From assembly GCA_014435945.1 (NCBI GenBank), contig GCA_014435945.1_4088.1: DNA of 64,000 nt. One strand, given 5' to 3'. The notes below the pieces were generated by a model. The model saw nothing but the letters and a program-made list of their open reading frames with translations, had not been told where the DNA came from and did no database searches. Origin of the DNA: a phage. The position numbers and the translations under genes were made by a program. This document shows positions 7,208 to 15,847 of this stretch, piece after piece; position 1 is the first letter of the stretch, and each line of letters starts with the position of its first letter.

Positions 7208-7237
7208 TGGATTGATATTATTTTTAATGGAGTCCCT

Positions 7238-7435
7238 ATGCGTATTTTAACTCAAGAAGAGCACAACCACACACTCATATCCAACATGGCATATATCCTA
7301 CATATGTCACATATCCGTGGTATTGCATATAAGCGTGAATTGGTTATGAAACTTTTCATAGGAACTAACTATCAAGAAAAGTATATCGAACTATACTTAC
7401 AAGAATTACGAAGGGACATAAAAGGTAGACTATGA
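7238..7435 (+). CDS. F1 small paralog protein (65 aa)
   Basis: F1 member; C-terminal motif FIGTNYQEKYIELYL; first gene of tandem array. Confidence 0.65.
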   Translation: MRILTQEEHNHTLISNMAYILHMSHIRGIAYKRELVMKLFIGTNYQEKYIELYLQELRRDIKGRL

Positions 7436-7632
7436 AAATGCGTATTTTAAATAAAGAAGATTATCAAGAACTGTTACGTAAAAACATGGTAAAGATTTAT
7501 AACACAGACACAAACTTAGAACGAATTGAGTTATACCTTTTGATTACATTGGGAACAAGCTATCAGGGAAGATGGGTGATTCAATATATGGATGCATTGA
7601 AAAATGAAATATTATCCACGAGGAAACAATGA
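7432..7632 (+). CDS. F1 small paralog protein
   Basis: F1 motif LGTSYQGRWV; ATGA overlap with upstream stop. Confidence 0.65.
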   Translation: MKMRILNKEDYQELLRKNMVKIYNTDTNLERIELYLLITLGTSYQGRWVIQYMDALKNEILSTRKQ

Positions 7633-7838
7633 AAACTATAACACGAACCCAATCATACGGTCTTATCTTGAGATACATGGACTTAATGTTGGATATCAGA
7701 AAAGACCTTCCTAAAACTGCAATTGAAGTTGCAAGAGCAGAGATCCGCATGTTGGCTGTACTGAACACAAACCATCAGGAAGAGTATGTTGACGATTGGA
7801 TTCGATTTTTAATAGAAGATATTAAGAGGAAACTATGA
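7629..7838 (+). CDS. F1 small paralog protein
   Basis: F1 motif LNTNHQEEYV; ATGA overlap. Confidence 0.65.
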   Translation: MKTITRTQSYGLILRYMDLMLDIRKDLPKTAIEVARAEIRMLAVLNTNHQEEYVDDWIRFLIEDIKRKL

Positions 7839-8047
7839 TTTTTTTAACACCAGAAGAATATAAGATACGTTTTGTTTCTGTCCAGAATAAAATCTTAATT
7901 ATATACAATTCAAATGCAGACCTTAACTTATCAAGGGTATTAGAAAAAGATTTACTTATGGGTGCATTTTTGGATACAGACTTTCAGGTGTATTATGTAG
8001 GGGAATACTTAATTGCACTCCAGAATTACATTAAGAGTAAACTATGA
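7835..8047 (+). CDS. F1 small paralog protein
   Basis: F1 motif FLDTDFQVYYV; close paralog of 8044-8256. Confidence 0.65.
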   Translation: MIFLTPEEYKIRFVSVQNKILIIYNSNADLNLSRVLEKDLLMGAFLDTDFQVYYVGEYLIALQNYIKSKL

Positions 8048-8256
8048 ATAGCATTAACTCAAATCTATATACCGAACGCGTCGCTGCCAGACAACTTGAA
8101 ATTCTCATAGTATATGAAGAGACTGATGATTTAAACTTAGCATTAGTATTGGAAAATGATATACTATTGGGTGCATTCCTCGGCACAGACTATCAGGAGC
8201 ACTTCTTGAATGAGTATATAATTGCACTCCAGAAATACATTAAGAGCAAACTATGA
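8044..8256 (+). CDS. F1 small paralog protein
   Basis: F1 motif FLGTDYQEHFL; ATGA overlap. Confidence 0.65.
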   Translation: MNSINSNLYTERVAARQLEILIVYEETDDLNLALVLENDILLGAFLGTDYQEHFLNEYIIALQKYIKSKL

Positions 8257-8471
8257 AACATTTAAGTAATTACGAGAAGAATAAAATTATCGTTGCTGCA
8301 ATAAACAAATATTTTACACTTCCTCACACAGAAGGTTTATGTGTAAGGGAACACAGGATAAACACCACCGATATACGCATGATGGCTGTACTGGGGACGA
8401 ACTTTCAGGAAGAGTATGTTGTTGCACACATAGTTGCCCTCACTGATTTAATAAGGGACAAATGCAAATGA
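8253..8471 (+). CDS. F1 small paralog protein
   Basis: F1 motif VLGTNFQEEYV; N-term MKHLSNYEK. Confidence 0.65.
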   Translation: MKHLSNYEKNKIIVAAINKYFTLPHTEGLCVREHRINTTDIRMMAVLGTNFQEEYVVAHIVALTDLIRDKCK

Positions 8472-8686
8472 AAGACATAAACACTCAAGAATATCTTAAA
8501 CGATTAGAACAAGGGAAGAACTTTAGACTTCAAGTTTACGATGATGAATCACTAACATCCAATGAAAAGTATGTTATACTAACAGACTCAACATTAATAC
8601 CATTTGTAGGAACAAACTATCAGGAGGTTATGGTAGACAACCACATCACGGCCTTAAAATGTCATGTCAGGGATTTAGGTAAATGA
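8468..8686 (+). CDS. F1 small paralog protein
   Basis: F1 motif FVGTNYQEVMV; start set at ATGA overlap (track 8462). Confidence 0.6.
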   Translation: MKDINTQEYLKRLEQGKNFRLQVYDDESLTSNEKYVILTDSTLIPFVGTNYQEVMVDNHITALKCHVRDLGK

Positions 8687-8940
8687 AACACTTAACTGAT
8701 GATGAATTTGAAACTATAATTCGTAAACTAACCCCCATCACAAGGATAGTCTACGGTGACCCCAGCCTTACATGGAACCAAATGCGAGCTAAAGTTAATG
8801 AGCTATGGTTGCTGTACTTTATGGGGACTCAATATCAAGATAAGTTTTGCACAGAATATATCGAACAATTAACGAATGTTATACAGGATAAACTAGATGA
8901 TTATTTGCTCACAAAACATGAAGACTTTATCAGGAGTTGA
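8683..8940 (+). CDS. F1 small paralog protein
   Basis: F1 motif FMGTQYQDKF; N-term MKHLTDDEF. Confidence 0.65.
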   Translation: MKHLTDDEFETIIRKLTPITRIVYGDPSLTWNQMRAKVNELWLLYFMGTQYQDKFCTEYIEQLTNVIQDKLDDYLLTKHEDFIRS

Positions 8941-9169
8941 GTATCAAACTGCCCTATTCTCTTTAATCCATACCCTTAGAAAAAACAATGCCTTACATGG
9001 TGCACCTGAAGTGGATGTTATCAACGGTGAACTTTATCTTATGAAATTCATTGGAACAAACTATCAAGATCTGTTCATTCAACGATACTTATCAGCATTA
9101 AGAAACCAAATCCAATATAAAACCATCAAGGCCAAAAAAGAATGGAATAAACAATGCGACACAGACTAA
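8918..9169 (+). CDS. F1 small paralog protein
   Basis: F1 motif FIGTNYQDLFI; start chosen at MKTLSGVEY by family N-terminal consensus (track 8897). Confidence 0.55.
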   Translation: MKTLSGVEYQTALFSLIHTLRKNNALHGAPEVDVINGELYLMKFIGTNYQDLFIQRYLSALRNQIQYKTIKAKKEWNKQCDTD

Positions 9170-9405
9170 ATCACAAAATGTATTGTAAACTATTACAGAC
9201 ACTGGCACAGAAACACTATGACACGGTATCTGAAATATTACCCTATGATATCATGCGTTTACTTCACTGTGAGGCCGAGATGCTTGTACTGATGACAGGC
9301 ACAGATAAAAAAGCAATTGCCAAATCAATAGATATGTTCATCGAAGCACAATGTCAACACATTAGAACCGAGATATGGAGGCGAGAGAATGATAACCCTA
9401 AATGA
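9154..9405 (+). CDS. F1 small paralog protein (divergent)
   Basis: Degenerate F1 motif LMTGTDKKAIA; same size and position in array. Confidence 0.55.
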   Translation: MRHRLNHKMYCKLLQTLAQKHYDTVSEILPYDIMRLLHCEAEMLVLMTGTDKKAIAKSIDMFIEAQCQHIRTEIWRRENDNPK

Positions 9406-9604
9406 GTATCAGTATCATTGGAGGTTACAAGCTATAAGAAGGAAAGTTGTTAGTATTTCTTTAGACAAGTCTATTGCACAAGAGGACAAATGTGTTATAA
9501 TAGCTGAAATGAAGTTGGGTGCTTTCGTAGGAACAAACTATCAAAACATCTACACTGACGTATTGTTAAGTGCCTTACGTAACAAGGTGATATCAAAAGA
9601 ATGA
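9389..9604 (+). CDS. F1 small paralog protein
   Basis: F1 motif FVGTNYQNIY; N-term MITLNEYQY. Confidence 0.65.
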   Translation: MITLNEYQYHWRLQAIRRKVVSISLDKSIAQEDKCVIIAEMKLGAFVGTNYQNIYTDVLLSALRNKVISKE

Positions 9605-9819
9605 GAAAATTACAAGGCTTTGAATACATCAGACTCCTGAAAACATGTGCCAACAGAAGAGTAAAGATTCAATCTGATAAGAGCATCCCTGCCAACCTAA
9701 AACATGCAATGATAGCTGAACTCTATGCAGGGGCACTCATAGGGACAAACTATCAACAAATGTATATAGACATGTGGGTTGATGCATTAGTCAAGGAGAT
9801 CCAAAGTAAATGCAAATGA
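9601..9819 (+). CDS. F1 small paralog protein
   Basis: F1 motif LIGTNYQQMYI; ATGA overlap. Confidence 0.65.
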   Translation: MRKLQGFEYIRLLKTCANRRVKIQSDKSIPANLKHAMIAELYAGALIGTNYQQMYIDMWVDALVKEIQSKCK

Positions 9820-10028
9820 TTAATTTAAGTAAAGATGAATATTATGATCGTCTTGCAAAAACTTATCCAGCACGTAACGCCGTTTATAATAGTAACATTA
9901 TTGAACGCTCAAAGAAGTTGATTGTAGTGAATGAGATTAAGATGCTTTCAGTCTTAGGAACAAACTATCAAGAGAATGCTGTACTGTTGTTAATTGATGC
10001 CCTCCAGAGAGAGATACAAAGTAAATGA
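9816..10028 (+). CDS. F1 small paralog protein
   Basis: F1 motif VLGTNYQENAV; start at ATGA overlap (track 9810). Confidence 0.6.
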   Translation: MINLSKDEYYDRLAKTYPARNAVYNSNIIERSKKLIVVNEIKMLSVLGTNYQENAVLLLIDALQREIQSK

Positions 10029-10261
10029 TTAATTTATCTTTCCATGAATATCAAAAACGTTTAAATGCATCAAGGGATATAAGGATTCAAATCTTCAATA
10101 ACAAAAAATTGAAACCTGACACCAGAAGAATCAAAATAATAGAAGCAGAGTTATGCAACTTCCTGGGGACGAACCATCAGGAAGGTAAGATAAAAAACTA
10201 TCTTAGAGAACTAATGAATTGTATCGAAAATAAATGCGATGCTTTGGAGAATAAAAAATGA
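10025..10261 (+). CDS. F1 small paralog protein
   Basis: F1 motif FLGTNHQEGKI; N-term MINLSFHEY. Confidence 0.65.
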   Translation: MINLSFHEYQKRLNASRDIRIQIFNNKKLKPDTRRIKIIEAELCNFLGTNHQEGKIKNYLRELMNCIENKCDALENKK

Positions 10262-10515
10262 TCAATTTAAGTAAAGATGAATATACCGAGCGTATGACAA
10301 AAATCTCACCTAAACGTAATGCAATCTATTACAGCCAAGAAATTCCACACAGTAAGAAGATGATTATGTATCGTGAGTTAAAGATGGGTATGTTCTTAGG
10401 AACAAACTATCAAGAACCAGAAGTAAATCGCTTAATAAATGAATTACTCATGGAAATCAGAGGTAAGCTGTACTTTCATCAAATGACCCAGCCACTGAGG
10501 TGTACTAAGAAATGA
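10258..10515 (+). CDS. F1 small paralog protein
   Basis: F1 motif FLGTNYQEPEV; N-term MINLSKDEY. Confidence 0.65.
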   Translation: MINLSKDEYTERMTKISPKRNAIYYSQEIPHSKKMIMYRELKMGMFLGTNYQEPEVNRLINELLMEIRGKLYFHQMTQPLRCTKK

Positions 10516-10727
10516 TCAACATCACATTGCAAGAAAGATTCATCCGAATCAACTATGCAATTACCAAATTAGATGCTACTATAGACAACCAAAGTTTACC
10601 GTTCAAAACAAGAATGATATTAGAGTGCGAAGCCAAGTTAGGTGTACTGTTAGGGACGCAACACCAACAACGATATGTGGAAATCTGGATTGATCTTTTA
10701 ACCCAAAATGCACATGAGAGAATGTAA
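10512..10727 (+). CDS. F1 small paralog protein
   Basis: F1 motif LLGTQHQQRYV; ATGA overlap. Confidence 0.65.
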   Translation: MINITLQERFIRINYAITKLDATIDNQSLPFKTRMILECEAKLGVLLGTQHQQRYVEIWIDLLTQNAHERM

Positions 10728-10739
10728 ATGCAAAAGGAA

Positions 10740-10958
10740 ATGATATACTTAACACATGATGAATTTCAAGAGAAGATGTTAAAAGCCAATAACATTACTC
10801 TTAAGTTCGTTCCAAATCAATCAATATATGAAATGTCTGCGAATGTATTGTTTCAGAAGCTACCATACGTTCTTGGAACTGATAAACAAGAATTTATGGT
10901 TCAAAATATGATTGAGCATCTTGCAATGAGTATTATGGAAAAAGTAAATGCAAAATGA
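10740..10958 (+). CDS. F1 small paralog protein
   Basis: F1 motif VLGTDKQEFMV; start MIYLTHDEF by consensus (track 10728). Confidence 0.55.
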   Translation: MIYLTHDEFQEKMLKANNITLKFVPNQSIYEMSANVLFQKLPYVLGTDKQEFMVQNMIEHLAMSIMEKVNAK

Positions 10959-10959
10959 A

Positions 10960-11190
10960 ATGAAATACTTAACATATAATGAATACGTCGAGAGATTAGT
11001 TAGTGCCAAGAGATATGCCAATCAACTTCCTAATGATCCAAACCAAACCCCAGAGGAAAAGAATGCGGAAGCTCTATTCCAAGCACTACCATACCTTCTT
11101 GGAACTGATAGGCAGGAGTATCACGTTGAACGTATAATTAAATCTCTTAAAATCACTATTAAGGAAAAAGTAAATGCAAAAGCAAAATGA
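10960..11190 (+). CDS. F1 small paralog protein
   Basis: F1 motif LLGTDRQEYHV; start MKYLTYNEY (track 10948). Confidence 0.55.
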   Translation: MKYLTYNEYVERLVSAKRYANQLPNDPNQTPEEKNAEALFQALPYLLGTDRQEYHVERIIKSLKITIKEKVNAKAK

Positions 11191-11191
11191 A

Positions 11192-11437
11192 ATGAAATAC
11201 TTAACAGACGATGAGTTAAAAGAACGATTAATTAAATCCAGAAAACTTACAAATCAACTTCCAATCGACACAAACAAGTCACATGCCGAAAGGAGTGCAG
11301 AAGTTTTATACATTCAACTCCTGTACTTTCTTGGAACTGACAGACAAGAGTATTACATTGAAAGTATGCTTCGATATCTTAAATTCTCTATAAAGGAAAA
11401 GGTACATGCTCAAGAATTTAAAAATCCTAACAGTTAA
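11192..11437 (+). CDS. F1 small paralog protein
   Basis: F1 motif FLGTDRQEYYI; start MKYLTDDEL (track 11174). Confidence 0.55.
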   Translation: MKYLTDDELKERLIKSRKLTNQLPIDTNKSHAERSAEVLYIQLLYFLGTDRQEYYIESMLRYLKFSIKEKVHAQEFKNPNS

Positions 11438-11648
11438 TGAATATCATAAGATTGTAATGAAAACTAATAGTGAAATTTCTAAAAAATCAAACCCAAAGTA
11501 CATACTGGAACACACATTCGAAGAACGTCAATTAGCTCTAGTTGAAGCAAAACTTCTTGCACTCCTAGGAACAAACTATCAGGAAGAATACATCAGAAAA
11601 CTAATATACCTTTTAACTAAACACATCAGGAAAAGAAAAAAAGCATGA
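11406..11648 (+). CDS. F1 small paralog protein
   Basis: F1 motif LLGTNYQEEYI; 32-nt overlap with upstream gene, start uncertain. Confidence 0.55.
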   Translation: MLKNLKILTVNEYHKIVMKTNSEISKKSNPKYILEHTFEERQLALVEAKLLALLGTNYQEEYIRKLIYLLTKHIRKRKKA

Positions 11649-11875
11649 AACACTTGACAGATGATGAACATGGGCTTATAGTAATGGATGTAATCAACAT
11701 CGAATACAAAAAGTTGATACGCTACCGTTGTTATGAAGATAAGCAACTCGTTCTAGCAGAACAGAAGTTGTTTCGACTCTTAAACACAAACTTCCAAGCA
11801 CAATACGAAGAATCGTATTTGTACCTACTGTCGAGGAAAGCAAAAAGAGATTATGAAAATTTTAAACCACAGTGA
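11645..11875 (+). CDS. F1 small paralog protein
   Basis: F1 motif LLNTNFQAQYE; N-term MKHLTDDEH; ATGA overlap. Confidence 0.65.
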   Translation: MKHLTDDEHGLIVMDVINIEYKKLIRYRCYEDKQLVLAEQKLFRLLNTNFQAQYEESYLYLLSRKAKRDYENFKPQ

Positions 11876-12068
11876 ACAAACAGAATTGTTAATCTTTAAT
11901 ACAAGTAAATTCTTAAACATAACATTGTCTGATATAGATGAGGATGAAAAAGAGTTACTTAGAGCAGATTTAAGAGTTCTTTTATATGTTGGAACTAACT
12001 TCCAAGAGCAATTCGTTGAGGACTACATCGATGAACTTAAAGAATCTGTACTGAGAACATGCAAATGA
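11853..12068 (+). CDS. F1 small paralog protein
   Basis: F1 motif YVGTNFQEQFV; N-term MKILNHSEQ. Confidence 0.6.
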   Translation: MKILNHSEQTELLIFNTSKFLNITLSDIDEDEKELLRADLRVLLYVGTNFQEQFVEDYIDELKESVLRTCK

Positions 12069-12292
12069 AAATCCTTTCACCAAGTGAATACCACGAACTA
12101 TTAAGTAGTTTAATTCTAAAATTGTATATAGCAAAGACCACAGATTTACCTGATGAAGAAAAAAATATTCTAATGAGTGAAATCTATGTTAATTCTACCC
12201 TAGGGACTAACTATCAAGAATGTAATATTAATGATTACATCAATGAACTAAAAAGGTTTATCCAATGCAAATGCGAATCATTACCGAAGTAG
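12065..12292 (+). CDS. F1 small paralog protein
   Basis: F1 motif TLGTNYQECNI; start at ATGA overlap; near-duplicate of next gene. Confidence 0.6.
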   Translation: MKILSPSEYHELLSSLILKLYIAKTTDLPDEEKNILMSEIYVNSTLGTNYQECNINDYINELKRFIQCKCESLPK

Positions 12293-12507
12293 AATACCTA
12301 ACAATCATAAATGGACTGTTTTCGAAGTTATTTGCCATTAACACATCAAAACTTCCAGATACTGATAAAATTATTAAGTTAAATGAAATCTACGTTCAAG
12401 CTACTCTAGGAACAAACTATCAAGAAGCCAATGTGTATAATTACATTAATACACTCAAAAGGGTAATACAATTAAAATGCACAGACAGCACACACACAAA
12501 CCCCTAG
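12271..12507 (+). CDS. F1 small paralog protein
   Basis: F1 motif TLGTNYQEANV; start MRIITEVEY by analogy to 12065 (track 12265). Confidence 0.55.
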   Translation: MRIITEVEYLTIINGLFSKLFAINTSKLPDTDKIIKLNEIYVQATLGTNYQEANVYNYINTLKRVIQLKCTDSTHTNP

Positions 12508-12707
12508 GAACAGCAGAATACATTGAACTAATGGCTGCAAACTTCTCATCCTTTAAGAAACTGATGCAAGAATCAAATAATGATTTAGAATATCATATCA
12601 AAAGTTCAGATTTAAGATTACTACTCACTCTAGGAACAGACAGTCAGTACAAATTCGTACAGGAGCATATTAGAGCACTTTTAAATGGCATCAGGGATAA
12701 ACTATGA
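12477..12707 (+). CDS. F1 small paralog protein
   Basis: F1 motif TLGTDSQYKFV. Confidence 0.6.
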   Translation: MHRQHTHKPLGTAEYIELMAANFSSFKKLMQESNNDLEYHIKSSDLRLLLTLGTDSQYKFVQEHIRALLNGIRDKL

Positions 12708-12919
12708 AGGAAATATCAAATCAAGAGTACTTGGCACTGTTCAGAAAAAATAGTCAAGAATTTCTGAATATTGATACAAGGACTGATATAAGTGAACTTC
12801 AGAAAAATCTTTTGCGTTCAGAGATGATAGTACTGACACTCTTAGGAACACAGCATCAAGAGAGAACTGTTAATTCACACATAGGTATTCTTATACAGAT
12901 TGTACAGGAAAAGATATGA
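12704..12919 (+). CDS. F1 small paralog protein
   Basis: F1 motif LLGTQHQERTV; N-term MKEISNQEY; ATGA overlap. Confidence 0.65.
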   Translation: MKEISNQEYLALFRKNSQEFLNIDTRTDISELQKNLLRSEMIVLTLLGTQHQERTVNSHIGILIQIVQEKI

Positions 12920-13137
12920 GAATCATAACACAACAAGATATTCTTAAGTTCACAAGGGTTCATGCATCTGAATTTGATGCTATATTATCAAAAAGTTACA
13001 ATGACCCTTATACAGAAGATGTACTCTACAATGAATTATGGGTGTATATACTTTTAGGTACAGATCATCAAGAGCAAGCCGTACAGAAGTATTTGACAGC
13101 TTTACGTGATGCTACAGCTAATGGAGTACATGTTTAA
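12916..13137 (+). CDS. F1 small paralog protein
   Basis: F1 motif LLGTDHQEQAV; ATGA overlap. Confidence 0.65.
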   Translation: MRIITQQDILKFTRVHASEFDAILSKSYNDPYTEDVLYNELWVYILLGTDHQEQAVQKYLTALRDATANGVHV

Positions 13138-13138
13138 T

Positions 13139-13390
13139 ATGAAAGTACTGACAGAATTAGAAATGTATCATAGATTTAACAAGTACTATCATTTACTTAA
13201 ACCTATACAGAGGATTAAGTGTCCCTTTGTAGTGAAACAGGTATTAATTTATGAGCATAAGTTATTTGTATCATTAGGTACGAATGAACAAGAGTATTAT
13301 TTGAAGTTGTACTTAATTACATTAATAGATTTAATTCACTATAAAACCACACAATCCAAACAAGCTAATAAAGAGAAATATGAAAACTAA
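13139..13390 (+). CDS. F1 small paralog protein
   Basis: F1 motif SLGTNEQEYYL; start ATG 13139 just after upstream stop (track 13106). Confidence 0.55.
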   Translation: MKVLTELEMYHRFNKYYHLLKPIQRIKCPFVVKQVLIYEHKLFVSLGTNEQEYYLKLYLITLIDLIHYKTTQSKQANKEKYEN

Positions 13391-13718
13391 TATACAACTC
13401 AAGGTTTATAAATCATTTGCAAGTACATACATCAAATGCTATACATGTAACTATGTAATGGACTACAAAGGTAAGCCATTTACACTTACTTACGATAATA
13501 CAAGAGGTTTTTATATATCTTTTGCTGATTACAAATATAACATATACGAACACATTGACATTGAAGATTTAAGTACTTTATCACCAGAGGAATACTTTCA
13601 GGAATCGTTAGTATGGGATTTGGAGTTTCCTATGCCATTAGTACATAAAATGGTAGTCCAAATGAAAGAAGCTAAACCGGAGTTTAACGGTTATGAAGAA
13701 TACACAATTGAGTATTAA
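13380..13718 (+). CDS. F2 paralog protein (112 aa)
   Basis: F2 module EEYFQESLVWD followed by LVHKMVVQMKE; sits inside the F1 array. Confidence 0.6.
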   Translation: MKTNIQLKVYKSFASTYIKCYTCNYVMDYKGKPFTLTYDNTRGFYISFADYKYNIYEHIDIEDLSTLSPEEYFQESLVWDLEFPMPLVHKMVVQMKEAKPEFNGYEEYTIEY

Positions 13719-13934
13719 ATGAAAAGATTATCATACGAAGATTACACCAATCTTATCAGGACTTTACAACCAGAAATTAAAAGAATTAATTCTCTTCCTA
13801 TATCTAATGAAGAATGTTCAGTACTGAAAGATGAGTTAATCTTAAAACACACAGTAGGAACAAACTATCAAGCAGATAGTGTTCGATATTTAATTTGGGG
13901 GTTGATGTGTCAAATAAAGTCCAGACAAGCTTGA
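13719..13934 (+). CDS. F1 small paralog protein
   Basis: F1 motif TVGTNYQADSV; N-term MKRLSYEDY. Confidence 0.65.
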   Translation: MKRLSYEDYTNLIRTLQPEIKRINSLPISNEECSVLKDELILKHTVGTNYQADSVRYLIWGLMCQIKSRQA

Positions 13935-13960
13935 CAGTACTCTTCATTACTGCTATAGTA
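13931..13960 (+). promoter_or_regulatory. sigma70-like promoter (class C)
   Basis: TTGACAgtactc 13931-13936, 18-nt spacer, TATAGT 13955-13960; resembles 1693 and 1969. Confidence 0.5.
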
Positions 13961-13989
13961 CACTAACGTTAATCATTAGGGTAAAAATT

Positions 13990-14235
13990 ATGTTAAATTT
14001 TTTAAATTTCCTTATCGTCTTGTGTATTGTTCTTGGGATTGCACCATTTGTATTGTATTTCATGGATTCAGATGAAATGCAGAAGATGAATTGCACAAGG
14101 ACAGGACAGAGTAGAGAAGAGACGATTCTTATGCCTGTTACGGTTATTGTTAACAACATGCCCATTACAAACATGGTCCCTACCCTAACGACAACGTACC
14201 AGTACTCTTGTACAGACGGAGAGAGGTGGAGATAA
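13990..14235 (+). CDS. small membrane protein (81 aa)
   Basis: Hydrophobic N-terminus LNFLNFLIVLCIVLGIAPFVLYF; follows promoter. Confidence 0.55.
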   Translation: MLNFLNFLIVLCIVLGIAPFVLYFMDSDEMQKMNCTRTGQSREETILMPVTVIVNNMPITNMVPTLTTTYQYSCTDGERWR

Positions 14236-14558
14236 TGTGTAAGTTCAATTGTATTGTACGTAAGAATTCATGTTACATTGTAGTAGCTGATTTTAATACA
14301 GGTTCTGGGTTGAAGATATTTGAGTACAGAAAATGCAATAATTCTTTTCATTGGAAATTGGGTGCAAGAAAAACAAAAACAATTTCAGTACCGAATTTAT
14401 GTTCTATCTCTGAAGAAGAAGAGTTTCAGTACTTGTTAGTACATGATGATTCTTTAGGATTTACATTCGAAGACATGAAGGAAGTACAAAAGCAGATGAT
14501 TGCACATTGTCATCTTCCAAAGAATTTTGTTCAACGCGTATGTGAATTCTACATATAA
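14235..14558 (+). CDS. F2 paralog protein
   Basis: F2 module EEEFQYLLVHD; TAATG overlap; GGTGGAGA RBS (track 14208). Confidence 0.6.
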   Translation: MCKFNCIVRKNSCYIVVADFNTGSGLKIFEYRKCNNSFHWKLGARKTKTISVPNLCSISEEEEFQYLLVHDDSLGFTFEDMKEVQKQMIAHCHLPKNFVQRVCEFYI

Positions 14559-14567
14559 GAGAAGAAT

Positions 14568-14879
14568 ATGAAATTTAATATAGCAAAAACATCGAGTATA
14601 TGTATTTTTGGTTATGCAGAAGAGTTAGGTGATATTGACATTCTTTTGTACAAAAAGGATGGTGTTATGCATTTCAAGTACCAGGATGAAGAGGCAGACA
14701 ATTATCTTTTACCTAATTTAGTACAAATGCAGGAAGAGGAATTATTCCAGTACAGCTTAATATACGACATTGATATTTGCACGATGCCAGTATTAATTAG
14801 TATTCAAAAAGTGATGCTCGATATGTATGATAAGCTAATACAAGGTATGTCAGGGAGGATCATTGAAATTGACATATAA
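14568..14879 (+). CDS. F2 paralog protein
   Basis: F2 module EELFQYSLIYD then ISIQKVM. Confidence 0.6.
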   Translation: MKFNIAKTSSICIFGYAEELGDIDILLYKKDGVMHFKYQDEEADNYLLPNLVQMQEEELFQYSLIYDIDICTMPVLISIQKVMLDMYDKLIQGMSGRIIEIDI

Positions 14880-14907
14880 GAATATACCTAAAGGAGATGC
14901 AATATAA

Positions 14908-15159
14908 ATGTACAAAAAAATAAACCGTTATTTGTATGCATCAAAGTACAGGGATTTTTGTTTACGAGGGGGAGAGGAAGATTTTGCTCTGAGGTTATCG
15001 GAATTTAATATGTTATTTTATCTTGGGTCAAAAGAACAAGAAGATACAGTACAGAAATTTCTCAATCATCTTGTACAAAAAATTAATATGCAAATTTTGA
15101 TGCTTAAGTTACAGGATGAGATAAATGAATATGAATCCAGAAATAGTTCAGGATCTTAA
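14908..15159 (+). CDS. F1-like small protein
   Basis: F1-like motif YLGSKEQEDTV in C-terminal half. Confidence 0.55.
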   Translation: MYKKINRYLYASKYRDFCLRGGEEDFALRLSEFNMLFYLGSKEQEDTVQKFLNHLVQKINMQILMLKLQDEINEYESRNSSGS

Positions 15160-15514
15160 AAAAGTAATATTTCTTTTGAATACAAGAAGCTCTTTATATA
15201 AGGAATTCAAAGATAATGATGGTTCTTTTAAACCATTATGTATAGAATTCAATGATTTAATTACAGATGCATTGTTTGAATTTTCAGAGAAATATCAAGA
15301 TACCGTGTTTGGTGTTAAGAATGTTATTAGTCCAAGTTCAAGGAAGATAACGTTATCTCATTTTACATTTGACAATAAAGATTTATTCAGTTATAATCCT
15401 AGTACATCTTTATATTTTATTCCTAAAGGAGAAAAGAATAGTCCTATTCATTACGGATGGATTATATCTTATACAATAAATGGAACGGAGTATCCTATCA
15501 AATGGCACGATTAG
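15125..15514 (+). CDS. hypothetical protein (129 aa)
   Basis: Long ORF with 35-nt overlap on upstream gene; AGGATGAG RBS. Confidence 0.5.
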   Translation: MNMNPEIVQDLKKVIFLLNTRSSLYKEFKDNDGSFKPLCIEFNDLITDALFEFSEKYQDTVFGVKNVISPSSRKITLSHFTFDNKDLFSYNPSTSLYFIPKGEKNSPIHYGWIISYTINGTEYPIKWHD

Positions 15515-15654
15515 GGAGTGGAGATTATAATATGAATATATTATTAAGAAATATTAATGCAGATTATTGTGTATGGGTTAAGAATCGAGATATGATGTAT
15601 TATGATTTTTATTTAGATTGTGCCATTAAGCGTTTTTTAAGAGAAGAACATTAA
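15502..15654 (+). CDS. small hypothetical protein
   Basis: In-frame ATG 15502 or 15532 within track ORF 15457-15654; start unresolved. Confidence 0.35.
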   Translation: MARLGSGDYNMNILLRNINADYCVWVKNRDMMYYDFYLDCAIKRFLREEH

Positions 15655-15836
15655 TGAAAGACGTTAATACAAAAGCAATAAATGATTTAAATGATTCTTT
15701 ATTAGTAAGTATCAAGATGTATTACAATATACATTTAAAGGGTGGTATTGATGATTACAATTATTATCTTTCATTAGTTACAATAGAACATTTAAATTAT
15801 ATAGATCATTTATTACATCCAAATCCACCAATTTAA
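15654..15836 (+). CDS. small hypothetical protein (60 aa)
   Basis: ATG at stop of upstream ORF. Confidence 0.5.
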   Translation: MKDVNTKAINDLNDSLLVSIKMYYNIHLKGGIDDYNYYLSLVTIEHLNYIDHLLHPNPPI

Positions 15837-15847
15837 GGAATACCAAT

